A stretch of DNA of 64,000 bases, taken from Lama glama. Taxonomy: Eukaryota. How positions within the stretch are numbered: position 1 is the stretch's first letter; each line of letters begins with the position of its first letter. The DNA lies in NCBI GenBank assembly GCA_028534125.1, contig CM052824.1, forward strand, positions 60,450,001 to 60,514,000, in the 5' to 3' direction. The translations under genes were made by a program, and so were the position numbers. Below are positions 35,201 through 47,200 of this stretch, in pieces. A model generated the notes under the pieces. It had not been told where the DNA came from. It saw only the letters and a program-made list of their open reading frames with translations, and ran no database searches.

Positions 35201-38200
35201 ACGAGCCCTCATCCGCCTACGTGCGCCGGGGCATCCCGGCAGGACCCTGCCCCCAGGTCCGGCGTCACCGCTCCCTCGCCCTGGGGTCCTAAGGGCTGGG
35301 TGCCCAGGCGGGGCAACCACGCCCAGCAGCCTTGGCTCCGCGCCGGCACGCACCCATCTGGCAGCCGGCGTTCCAGAAGGGCTGGGGGTTGTAGTTGCTG
35401 GAGTCCACGCGGTAGGAGGAGGGGTAGATGCGGGACAGCTGGTGCTGGTTGAAGCGCAGGTACTGCGCCGGTTTCTGCTGCAGGATCTGCTGGGCCCTGG
35501 TCTCGCTGAAGGACGACACCTGCCAGCTGGACGCCACTGCGGGCGCCGACGGGCGGCGTCAGGGGCAGCGCGTCGGGCCCCGCCCCCCACCCCGCCGGCC
35601 CCGTGCCCTGCTGGCCCCTCACCCTCCGTCTCCACGTCATGGGTGCCCACGGACTTGGTGTACTTCACCAGGTCCGAGAGGGCCCGGGACAGCTTCATGG
35701 TCTTCTTCTGCCGGGCAGCCCTGCGGGGAGGGCGGGCACGGGGTCAGGCAGGCCGGGCTCTGATTCATGCTGAATGTCCATCAGGCGTCCACTACGCCCC
35801 TGTGTTCCAGGTGTCGGGACACGCAGTGGTCACGCTGAGAGCTGACACGGTGGGGAGGGGCAGGTGCTGAGCCCACCAAAGGGCACTGACCGTGACGGGC
35901 TACGAAACGAGCACAGGACCCACCGGCCAGTCCAGCCCCTGCGCTCCGGGGTCCATGCCCCGGGCCCCCACGCCCCCTCCCCACTGTGCAGTCCCCGAGC
36001 CTGCGCGGCTGACTCCTGCTGTTGCCAGGACAGCACCTCCCCCACTGCTGTTTCTTCCAGGGGCCGGGGTTGGGGCAGGGCACTGACCCTCGGCTCTGGC
36101 TGCCTTGGGGGTCCAAGTCCTCGTCCCCCTCCTCCACGCTGGCTGCCTTCTTTAGCTTGCTGCTCTTTTTCTGTGCAGAACGAGGGCAGAGTCAGGATTT
36201 GCGGAGCTCCAGGCTTGGCCGGGCCATCAGCAGAGCCCGGGAGGGTGCTGGAGGTGGGCCTGCCGTCCGTGGGTCCGGGCGCCCACCTTGCAGGCCTGCC
36301 TGCCCCGTCCTCTGCCATGCCCTGCGCAGCCTGGGCACTGGGTGACCTGAGCTCTGGGCACTGGCCAGTGTGAGGCCACTTACTCCATCCAGCCCTGACC
36401 AGCACTCCAAACCTAGCACCTGCAGTCAGGAGATGCAGCCAGGAATCCCAGGGGCCCTCGAGGCTGGAGGAGACCCCCCCACCTCTGGCTGGTACAGGGG
36501 CAGCTGGTGCACTCGGGGGCAAGATGCATGCTGCGCTCTGGCAGGGCCCCGCCCAGGAGCCCCCAGACCTTGCGCTTGGAGAAGCTGCCCATAAGAAGCC
36601 GACTGTTCCGCCTGCTGGTTCCAGCATCGTCCCCGGACTCCACGTCCTCCTCGGCCTGGGAGGAGAGGAGACAGAGGGACGGGGTGAGCCCAGCCTCAGA
36701 CCAGGCAGCTCCTCCCTGCAGCCCCAGGCAGCCTTCCTGGAGGAGGGAGAACCAAGAGCGGGAGGAAGGGGGAGCCGGGCCCTGGGCTGGCTGCTGCCCC
36801 AGGCCCTGGTGGCACCGTCTCCAGCCCACCCTGGGTGCGCACAGGCAGCTGCCGGGAGCAGGGGCCTGAGAGCCAAGGCGAGGACCAGTGGAAACGCTCG
36901 CTCACGCGCCCGCATCAGCTCCCCGCGATGTGTTGTTTTAAACTCATTAAGTTCCCAGTTCTGACTATTTTTCCCGTGCATGGTGACTGCATAATGAATG
37001 TTGTCTGTGCATCTGGAACATTCCTCAGCTTGCCTGCTTATATAACCCTCACACAAGGGCCCTGCAGCCCCGGAGTCCTGGCCTGCTTCTTTACCTAATT
37101 AGACAAATAACTTGGGTCTGCTCCCCACAGAGTGGTGGCCGTTTACTGTTCACACTCAGGGCTGCGGCAGATCTCCTGAAGTCTCAGGGCTGAGCCTTCC
37201 TCTCTGCCGTTTAGAGAACTCGCGCATCAGGGGCTCCCCTCCTGGCACCCCTGCCCCTGCCCGAGGGGCCCCCGGGCCTGGCAACACCGCAGCCTGTCCC
37301 CCTCTGGGGCCAAGGCACAAACCCCTCGTCCATCCTGAAGCTCGTCACACCCCTGGAGCAGCTGGGAGCCTGTGCCAGGGTCCCCGAGGCCACTGCCACT
37401 GCCACTAGCCACCCCCCCACCTTCGCCAGATGCCCCCCAAACTCTCCCAACTTTGCTCACGATGTGCCCACCAGGGCGGGAGCTGGCTTCCCTCAGGCTC
37501 CCGGGAGCCGGGCACCTGTGGCCAAAGTTCTCCATTAGCCAGGGGCACACACATCTGCATACACGCTCCACCTGCACCTCTGCGAGCTTCTGCACTCGCC
37601 CCCATGGACGCCCCTGCACACCCCTGACCACAGCCCCGCCCGGCCGGCCTCCCACCCAGCAGAGGAGCAGAGCCCCTCAGGTTTGGGTTCAAGTCGCCTG
37701 GCAGAAGAGCCTGGAGCTTGGGCTGGGGATGCCAGCCCCGCCTCCCCCCAGCCCTGTGCCCAGCAGAGGCGTCAGCATCTGTCCCGACGGCAGAGGGCGG
37801 GGCAGCCACAGGGCCCATTACCTGGACATCTCCTCAGCTCACAAGCTGGGAAAGGGAGGACCTGGCTCGAGACAATGCCTGGCAGCGTCTGCCAACCCTG
37901 AGCTCCCACCACTCCACGGACCCCTGTCCACTCCCGCTCTGAGGAGCAGCTCAGCCCACGCTGCTCACTCCCATCCTTTGCCCTCTGCGGGGTCAGGACG
38001 GGCGCCTCTCTGGCTCCTACCTCGGACCCGGGCTGCCCCGCCGTGCCCCTCGGGCTTGGTGCTGCACGAACAGGCGCTGGTCCGGAGCCCGAGGCACAGG
38101 TGCCATAACCGACGTGCTCAGGACTGTCCGGTCCCACCTGCTTCTTTTTCTCTCCTTTTATTTTTCTCCTCCTATGATTATTCTTTCTTAATGGAAGCAC

Positions 38201-41200
38201 TGGGTATTGAACCCAGGACCACATGCGTGTGTTTCCACCTGCTTTTAGGGCTGTCTCTCTCCCGGGGCCCCCGGCTTCCCTCCTCATGCCTAGAGGGGAA
38301 CGCCGCTGCTGGCAGGTGCTGGAGGCCCTGTTCACGGTGAGTTTGGCACCGGAAGAGGTGGACATGCTTCTCAGCCCTTTAACCATCGCCTGAAGCATCG
38401 CTGTCACAATGCACACGAGCACCCATCAGTCTGGGCACCACCACCATCCTGAGGAAGTGTTGGGCCCATGGCTGGAATCCGCTGTCAGCCCCACACATAG
38501 CGAGCCGGCAGGGGAGGCGGGCCCCACCTCGCCCCCCTCAGGGGGTGAGGCAGCAGGGCCCTCCCACCCAGGACACAGCGCCCAGGGCACCTCTGCTCAC
38601 CGAGAAGTGTCTGCGCCTCAGACAGAGGGCAGCTTGCGGGGCCAGGCCCGGCAGGCGCGTTCTGACTGAGACGGTCTAGTCCTGACCTCACCTGGGGGCT
38701 GGGTCCCCCAAAGAGGAGCGGGCTTTTCCTAGGACAGCACCAAAGTCCCCTGGAGTTGTGCCCGGCACTGCAGACGGGCGTCCATCCCTTGCCCGTCCAT
38801 TGCTTCTTTGCCTCCAGATAGCCACTCCAGCTGCACCCCGGGCCTCCTGCCCCCTCCCACAGGGACCCTCACTAGGGCCCAGGGACAGGGGGGCCATGGC
38901 CTCGGGTCGTGTCCACAAACCTGCTGCCCAGATGCTCCCCTCAGAGAACCCCGTGGCTCCAGCCCCCTTGCCCCTCTGCCCCTGTCCGAGCAGGGTGGAG
39001 GGGTGGCTGGTGATGCTGTGGGGGCAGGGATGGGGTGGGGTTCCCTGCTGCCCAGTCAGCTCCCACACCTGGTAGCTTCCCTGAGCGCCCGTTGTCCCGC
39101 ACACAGGAGGCCACACAGACATGAGGTCCTGGGTCCAGACTGCCCTCCTGGGTGCCCACGCCCCGAGCCGGGTGTAAGCAGAGACCTCACGTCGTCCCCA
39201 CGGCCGGCCGCGCCATGCCGCACATGCTGCCCGCCTGCCCGCCAGGGCCACAGGCGCCCTGCGTTCACCTGCCTAGCCAGCGCGGGACTGAAAATAACCA
39301 ACCGCCCGTCGGCACGGGGCCAGCGGGACCCACCACACAGCCACCCTCACATTTCCGGGGGTGCCAGCTACCCCTTGTGCCCCCATGGGTGGGACACAAA
39401 CACCCACATCCAAAAATACTGTCCTGGAGGCACCCAGCACCCTACTCACCCAGCCCGGGAGAAGCCACCTTCCCAGGCCCCCCAGAACCTGGACAATGGG
39501 GGGTCGCACTAGAGGTACCACCGGGCCCCCCAAGAACAGGGCAACACTCCCCAGCCCTGCTCACCTGCAAAATGGGGTCTGCAGGGCCAACCAGCACCCA
39601 CCACCACCCCTGAGGCCACTCAGCTAACCTGACCGCCCTTCGGTGTTTGCTGGGCCCCCTCCAGCTGCACCCCAACTGCTCAGTGTCACTGACCCAGCCC
39701 GAGGCGCCCCACACTTCACACCTGCCATGACAGCCCCACAGCACTCTCTCCATGGGGGTCCTTCCCAGAGCTTCCCTGGGGGCCTCCGTGCAGGAGCATC
39801 AGGACAGCGGCCCAGGACTGACCCGGCTCCCGGGTGGGTGGGGCCTGGCCTCTGGCCCCAGGCTGTGCTCTAGGCTCTTCTGCAAGGAGGGGCAGGACCC
39901 TGTGGCCGCCTCTCCTGCCCACGGCTAGGGGAGGGTGCAGGCCTCCAGAGGTCAGATCATCAGCCACACAGACGGCCAGCCCCTGCCTGGCCACCTGCCT
40001 TGTGACACGGTGACGGCTGTGGGTCCCTCATGATGAGAGTCGGAACAGCCAGGTGTTCAGGGGGTCCTTGGGCAGAAAGAGCAGCAGTGGGCAGGTGTGT
40101 GTGTGCGGGTTCCATACAGGTTCCAGTATGCGTGTGGGCGTAGCTGTGCACAGGCCGTGTGCCCCAGGGCCCGGCCCAGCCACGGGCTGACCCCGCTGGC
40201 CTCAGAGGTCTCACCTTTTTGGCTTCTGCCCTGTGCCCGAGTTTCCCAGGCTGGGGCAGTGTGGACACGGTGAAGTCGCTCGGGTCCTCACAGTCCCGAA
40301 TCTTCGACTCCTTCAGTAGGGAATCCAGTTTCCTCTTGGCAATGTTTTCGACGCGCTTCCGATTGGTGGAGCCCTGCAGAAGCCAGCCAGCCAGGGCTCA
40401 GCCTCGGTGCTCAGCCATGCGGGCAGCAGTGGCGACAGACCCTGGGGTCTCGGGCAGGGCCGCAGGGGCCTGCTGGGAGCGGGGCCAGCGCCATCCCACC
40501 TGGACTGACACCCGCGCTGGCCACCGACTCCTACCTGCGTCCCGCTGCTGGTCCTCACGCCATCTGCCTCTCGGGATGTGGTTTGCCCCCAGGACCACAG
40601 ATGGTGCTGAGCAGGCCCTGGGCCCAGGCCTGTCCACCCTGACACCTGCCTCCCCGGGCTGCACAGTGCTGCCCATAGGGCCCAGCAGACCGCTCATCGG
40701 CGCCCGGCGGCCACTCTGGGCTCTGAGAGCTGCTTAGGAGCTCAGGATCTGGGAACCCCCCCACCAGCCACTATGTGCCTCGAGGAGATGGATGGGGGTG
40801 GGTGCAGCCCGCCTGGTGGGCCGGTGCCAGGGGCTGGCCTGGGGAGCCTCCAGGCACCCTCACTGTCTGAGACAGCCCCCAGTGTGGCCTTGACAAACCT
40901 GGACTCCTCCAGGCAGGGCCCAGGGTACGCCCAGGCTGGAGTGGGTGCGAGGTGCACATCACAGAGAGGGGTTTACCTCGCCTCCGGCCCGGCAGAGACC
41001 GAGCAGGCACGCCCAGAGCAGGACGGGTCTGCTGCCTCAGTTTCTAAAACAATCAGCCCGTCTGGCCGGGAACGCTCCTGCACGGCGATTTTCCCACCCG
41101 ATGGCCCCTCAGGGAGAAATAATGCCTTTACAGCGCCCAGAGGAGGGAAGATGCTAACTAGAGGGCCCCTCCAGCTCTTTGCTGCTGACTCCACAGCCCG

Positions 41201-44200
41201 GAGCGCAGTTCCCAGCCCCGGCCCAGCAGCTCGGAGCTCCTGACAGAGTGGGGGACGCAGGCAGGGGCGCCAGGCCCAGGCCCAGTGCACGCCCAGCAGT
41301 CTGGCAGCTTGCAAATCACCCTCAGAATCTGCCCAGTGGCCCTCGCCCAGCCTTGCCACAGCTCCCCTGCCCTCAAGGAGGCCCCGCCCCCACTCACATC
41401 CCCATCGAGGAGCTTGCAGTCATCGTCGATCTCATCTGCGCTGTCCTCGTCAGACACCTCGCCCTCCTCAGCATCCTCGCTGATGTTGGCGGGCAGCTTC
41501 TTGCCCTGGGGGAGGAGGTGGGCCATGGGAGGGGCCCTACAGGAAGTGCGGGAGCAGCGGCAAAGGGTAGGAGCCTTTGCCAAGCTTCCTTGTGGATCTC
41601 AGGCCGGGGCAGGGCCAGCCCACACCTCCCTATGGCAGGAAGGGAAACGCCAGGAGTCCGGAGGAGGGCCCCAGACTGAGTGGTCACCGTGGGAGACTGA
41701 AGACAGGCCAGGGGCAGGGATTGCCCTGATCCCTCAAATCTACCACAGGTCGTGTGGAACCCTAGCCTGGCTGGAGCAAGGTCCTACACCTGACCTGACC
41801 CCAGGTCCCCAGTCAGAGGTCAGAGGCTCAGCCCCGGGAGGGGCAGGCAGGGGCTCACCTTCACCAGGATCTTGCCCTTGAGCATCTGTGGAGACGGTAG
41901 CATGGTGGCATCCTCACTGGTCACTGATGACAAGTCCAGCTTGTCCCCAAGGATGTCGGTCAGATACTGGGCCATCTTCTTCTGCTGGATGACACTGCAG
42001 TGGTTCTCAATGGACAAGATCACTGGATACCTGGCCCCAAGGTGGAAGGAGCAGGGTGAGGCCAGGGGAAGGCTAGGCCCCACCGATGTAGGACCCCAGG
42101 CCACCTGCACCACTGAATGAGGAGGGATCTTCACCAGGAGCCCAAGATAGAAGGGGCTGCCAGCCACTCTGGGAGGGGGCTGTCATGGCTTTCAAAAGCA
42201 ACTGAGTGTGTGGGAAGGAAGCTGGGAGATCTTAGGGGTGGGTGAAGAAGACGTGCACTCCTCCCAATGAGAAAAACAAAGGCAATAGAAACTCCGTGAA
42301 AAACTAAAGGAAGCATTCAAGCAAGTCAGGGTTTAAAAATGATGTGAACTAAAATGAGGCGCAACGTGGAACAATGGATCAACTGTGAGAAAGATAATCC
42401 CATTCACCTAGTTACTGGAGACACTGTCCTGTGCATGGCCCTGGGGTCCCAACATTGGCCCCCCATAGCCTGGCACACACAATCTGGGGGGAACACCACT
42501 ACTGCCTGCATGGTACAGGATGAGGAGTGCAGCGCAGCATGGGGATTTTCATGATAACTTCTTCAATTATTTTTTCAGCCATGTGTACATTTACTTGGGG
42601 TTTTGCCAAAAAGCAATGTGATACTTTTAGAAAAGGTAAGTGACTCCAACCTACAAGTCATAAACTAGAGCAAGAGATGGGCGAGCCCCGTGATACAGAG
42701 AGGCAGGGCGTGGGGCAAAGGTGCTCATCTCCCCATTTCTCAGGCAAGGGACTGAGGTCCGGGGGAACCCCGTGCCTGAGAAGATTGTGCTGGCAGGTAA
42801 GGCACAAGCCCCACCCTGAGACCCCAGCAGGCCCCTGGCTCCTCGGCAGCTACAGGAGACCTGTGGGTCCCAGCCCCCTGCCCTGAGATGCCCCCCTCAC
42901 CAGCAATTCCAGAGGCCAGGCTCTCTCCCACTCCCAGAGCCTGGGCCGGATCCTCCTAGAGGGGCCTCTCTGTTTCTGTTTCTTAATTCAGCCTTGCTTC
43001 TCCTCCCTCCTTCATTCTTGGCCTCGCTGAGCAGACTTGGAGGCAACTAACAGTGAGGGAAGCCCATCTTCTATTTCCAGAAATGAAACTGGGTTCTGTC
43101 CCACGGGGCCTATAGCCACAGCAAACTGAGTCTGGATGTAGCTTCTTAAGGGCAGCTCATGCCAGAGCCACCATGTTGCAGGCATCAGACCCCAGGGGTT
43201 GCCCCGACGTGGGTGTGGATGGGGGCTGCTGACACACACTCTGTATGGCCCCAGCTTGTCATGCTGTTACTCCAGCACCCATCGCCTACCTTTCCCTGCC
43301 CTTCATCCTCAACAAGAAACCCAGTAACCAGCCCCTCGGCCACTACAGCCACTGCTTGCCCCAAAGGACGTGGGGGAGGGGTGGGAAGAGCCCCTGGCGC
43401 CCCTCCCCCCACCCCCCTGGGCCCGCCCCCTAGGCCCACCACTCACTCGTTCTTGACGAAGGCATATTTGTTGATGGTTTCAATGACGTCTTTGAATAGG
43501 ATCTTGGAGGTCAGGGTGTAGCCGTGGTGCACAATGGGCTCCCCATCAGGCCCATCCCAGCAGTCCACTGTCGGCAGGCAGACCTCGGTCAGCTCCAGGG
43601 GCCTGACCGCCAACCCCCAGAGACTCCCAGCCTGTGGACTCTAGTGGGAGGCAGCCCCTTGTTTCGGCAGGAGAAGCCTATCCCAGCCCCTGCCCAGAGA
43701 CTCCAGAGGGCTCTTCAGGGCCGCCCCACCTCCCACAGGAGATGTCGGCCCAGGGCCCAGGCCCAGCCCCCTGGGCTGACAGGGGGCGCGGGATCCCAGA
43801 GCCCGCAGCACTCACCCTCCACGCAGCGGCAGCCGGCCTGCAGGACCCAGGCATACATGTCTACCCTCGACTGGGACATGAGCTGGTCGCCCACGAGGTA
43901 GGTGTTGTGAGACGAGGTGATGAAGTAGTGGCTCAGTGGCCGCGTCATGTCCTGGTGCACGTGGTGATGCTCTGGGTTGAAGATGTCGCCGGCGGGGCTC
44001 CGTGTGTAGTTGGTGAAGCCTGCCGAGGGAACACAGCAGGACGCGAAGGGGCTCAGCCCCTGCATGTCGGTCCCACCGCCGGGCTCATCCCAGGACCCCC
44101 ACCCCCACGCCACGTGGATTTGCACACAGGCCGCCCATCAGCACCCAGCGGGCCCGGCAGGAAGGCTGGCCCAGCGCGCACCCACTCACCATCAATGCCC

Positions 44201-47200
44201 ATTGTCCCCTTCCTCTTGTTCTCTGGGCAGGGCTCAAACTGCTCAATGATGTCGCGGCAGCTCTCAAGAGTCACACCCGTCATCTAGGCCAGAGAAGGGG
44301 CTTGAGCCCAGGCTGGCCCATCTCTGGCCCTGGCCAGCCCCAGGTAGCCCCTCACCCCGCTCCAGAACAGCCACTGCCTTCCGCCTGCTCTCTGACCACC
44401 GTATCGCATGGGGCTGACCACAGGAGGCTGAGGCTCTGGTCGCTGCAGCGTGCTACCCGCTCTGGGGGCTCACTGGCCACCCTCATCGTCACCAGAGACT
44501 CAGGAGCCAGCAGACTACCAGTGGGTCACATGGCTTTGGAAGAGCTGGCGCCACTGCGGTCCTCGGCAGGGGAGGGGTCTGTGGCCTCCTCAGCTGGGCC
44601 ACCCCCCACCCCGCTGTGTGAGGGGTCCTGAGAACCGTGGACCAGGGTGGGCCAGCAGGGAGCAGGCCTGGTGGGAGAAGGCGCAGGAGAGCCCGGCCCC
44701 ACAGCCCACCTTGGAAGAACCCGGGCGGCTCTCCTGGCCCCCTGCTGCCTGCCCAAGTCCCCGGCGAGAAGGCTGCACGTGGCAGCCAAGCCCACAGCGG
44801 CTGTGCCCATCTGCACATCAGAGGCTGAGCGACCTCCCAGTGCCCCGCAGTGCAGCCCAGGCCGGGAGCCCCCAGCTCCCGGAGGCAGGCCCACCAACAG
44901 GGCCTCCTGGCCATCAGGAATGAGGGGGTGGGTATGGGCAGTGGAGGCGAAAGGGCAAATGAGGCCAGAGCTCGGAGCAGCTGTGGCCCCCAGAGGTCCA
45001 GAGTCCAGGGGTCAGAGCTCCAGCCACCCAGCTGGTGGACAGCTTTGGCCGCAGACTGGGGGGGTAGTTCTGCAAAGCTTAGGGCGAAGGTCGGGGAGCA
45101 ACGGGTGGGTCAGTTCTGCCCGTCCCAAACCAAGCCGCTTTCCTTCTCCCCACCCTAAGTGCACCAGCTGTTGGGACAGAGGCCCCCAGCCGCACTCCAG
45201 TGGCCAGGCTGGGAGCGAGTTGCCCTGAGCATCTCCCACCTGGGCAAGCACGACTGGGGGGAGGCAGGTGGGCTGCCACAGGAACAGAGCCCCAGAAGAC
45301 TGAGGGACCTTGAAAGCACATTCTGGGGAGACAGCCCCTGAGTCAGGCCCTGGGTTTGGTGCGGCCTCGTGGGGCCCTGGTGAGGGCAGGTCCCGGACAG
45401 ACAGCACCCAGACCAGCCTGGGTCCCGCAGCGTCCAGCCGCTGCTCCCAGTGCCCAGCCCCCAGCCCTGCCCAGGGGCCCAGTGGCAGCCGTGGAGGCGA
45501 AGGGAGCGGTGGAGGGCCCTGAGCAGTCCCCCGAGGCTGTCTGCTCCCAGAGACAGCGGGGGGCCTGAAGGTTGCCCCTAAATTCCACTCTCACCCAAAA
45601 GTGGGTCGGTGAGGGTCCCAGGAGTTACTCCCTCTCAGCCTGGGGGTAGGGCCGCATGCTGTCTGAGGTCTGAGCATGCCTCCCCTCCCCCACCACAGAC
45701 TGCCAGCCTCCGTCCACCGGAATGGGCAGGACCTGGTCACTGCCCAGGCCCAGGACAAGAGAGGCAGAGCCCAGGAAGCAGCTCAGAGTCAAGGGAAATA
45801 GACAGGACACCCTGCCAGCCCCAGAGCCCTCTGTGTGTCTGCTGGACAAGCGTTTGAGGGGAGTGGGCCCAGGGCTCTGGGCGTGACCTGGGCCCCCATG
45901 GCAGGACTTGGTGGGAAGGCTGGGCCATGGAACCCTGGTCCCAGGAGATGCTCAACACTAAAACAGGACCGCGGGCTCCCCTCTGGGAGCTCCAGGGGGC
46001 CACGGTCAGGCTGGGCCGCCCACCTTCCCCACCTGCTCGTGGCTCCTGTGGGACACACCCTGGAACAGGCTGGCGGGGCCACAACGGGAAGCAAGGCAGG
46101 TCCAGTAAGGGGACCTCGAGTGCCAGGCTGGTGCCCACCCTTCCCCCAGCCCTCAGCCACACCACGGACGGACGCAAATGCCCAAATGAGGTGAGGCCAC
46201 GTCCCCCAGGACCACCGCTCCTGCTGGGGAGCCCGCACCTTCTGCTCCACTTCCAGGAAGCGCTGCAGGTCGGCAGCATCCAGGTGGTCCTTGTGGCCAC
46301 TGTGGGCCAGCATGAGCAGGTAGAGGTCCCGGCGGGTGGACATCGCCTTGTAGAAGGCGCAGAACTCCTCGAAGCCCAGCGCCCCCTGCTGGTCGTCCGT
46401 GTCTGCTTCCTGTAAGGGGAGGCCTCTGGGTCCCCAAGTGTCCCACCTTGGGCCCCGACCACGAGGGGGCCTCCGGTCCACCCTGAGTCACGTTGCCCCC
46501 GCCCCCTTCCAATGTCACTACCCACGTCGTGGGCTCATGGGTGCTCGCCAAGCCCCGCAGTGCCGTCTGCACTGGGCTCCCCTCTGACTCTCCCACCAAG
46601 GAGCCACTGAGTGACCTGTTAACACAGACCCCACCTGCCTGCCTCCAAGCCTCCCGAGGGCAGCCTGCGTCGAAGCCGGAAGGCCACAGCCAGCCCCATG
46701 TCCCCGACCCCAGAGAGGCTCCCTGGAAGGCCAGCCCTGGAAGGCGCTCCTGGCTGCCATCTTTGCCCCGCACTGTGGCCTGGCACTGAGGTGGGCACCC
46801 AGCAGGACCCCAGCGTCTCACTCCAGGGCCGGAGTGCCCTCTCCAGGTGCCCGTGCTGAGGCTGGGACAGGGCCAGGTGGTAGGAGGGGCTGGCCCACAG
46901 CCACCTGCTCCAGGGCCCAGCAGAGGCCAGACAAGGACCCCAGTATCCATTCCAGGTTTGAGGGCAGCCCTGTGTCCAAGAGCTGGCAGGATGGACAGGG
47001 AAGGGCCCTCACTGAGGGTCAAGGGCTCTTTGGGACAGAACCGGGCTGGTAGCCCTCCCCGGGGGCCGTGGCTGGAGCTGGGCAGAGATGCCCGCAGGCC
47101 GCCCCGGCCTCCCACTGGGCTCTGCAAGCGGCACGTCCGAGGCGGCGACTCAAAATGCTCTGTGATGAGAGGCCCCCAGGAGCCCGAGAGGACGGACCTG

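Noticed and set aside
35830-37056. 408-aa minus-strand ORF
   Set aside because: Crosses PLCH2 exons 12-13 out of frame and runs through introns; no homology apparent.
39269-39287. Possible 19-nt micro-exon in PLCH2 intron 11 (ttttcag|...GCAG|gtgaac)
   Set aside because: Weak donor, in-frame stop, and no support beyond chance splice-like motifs.
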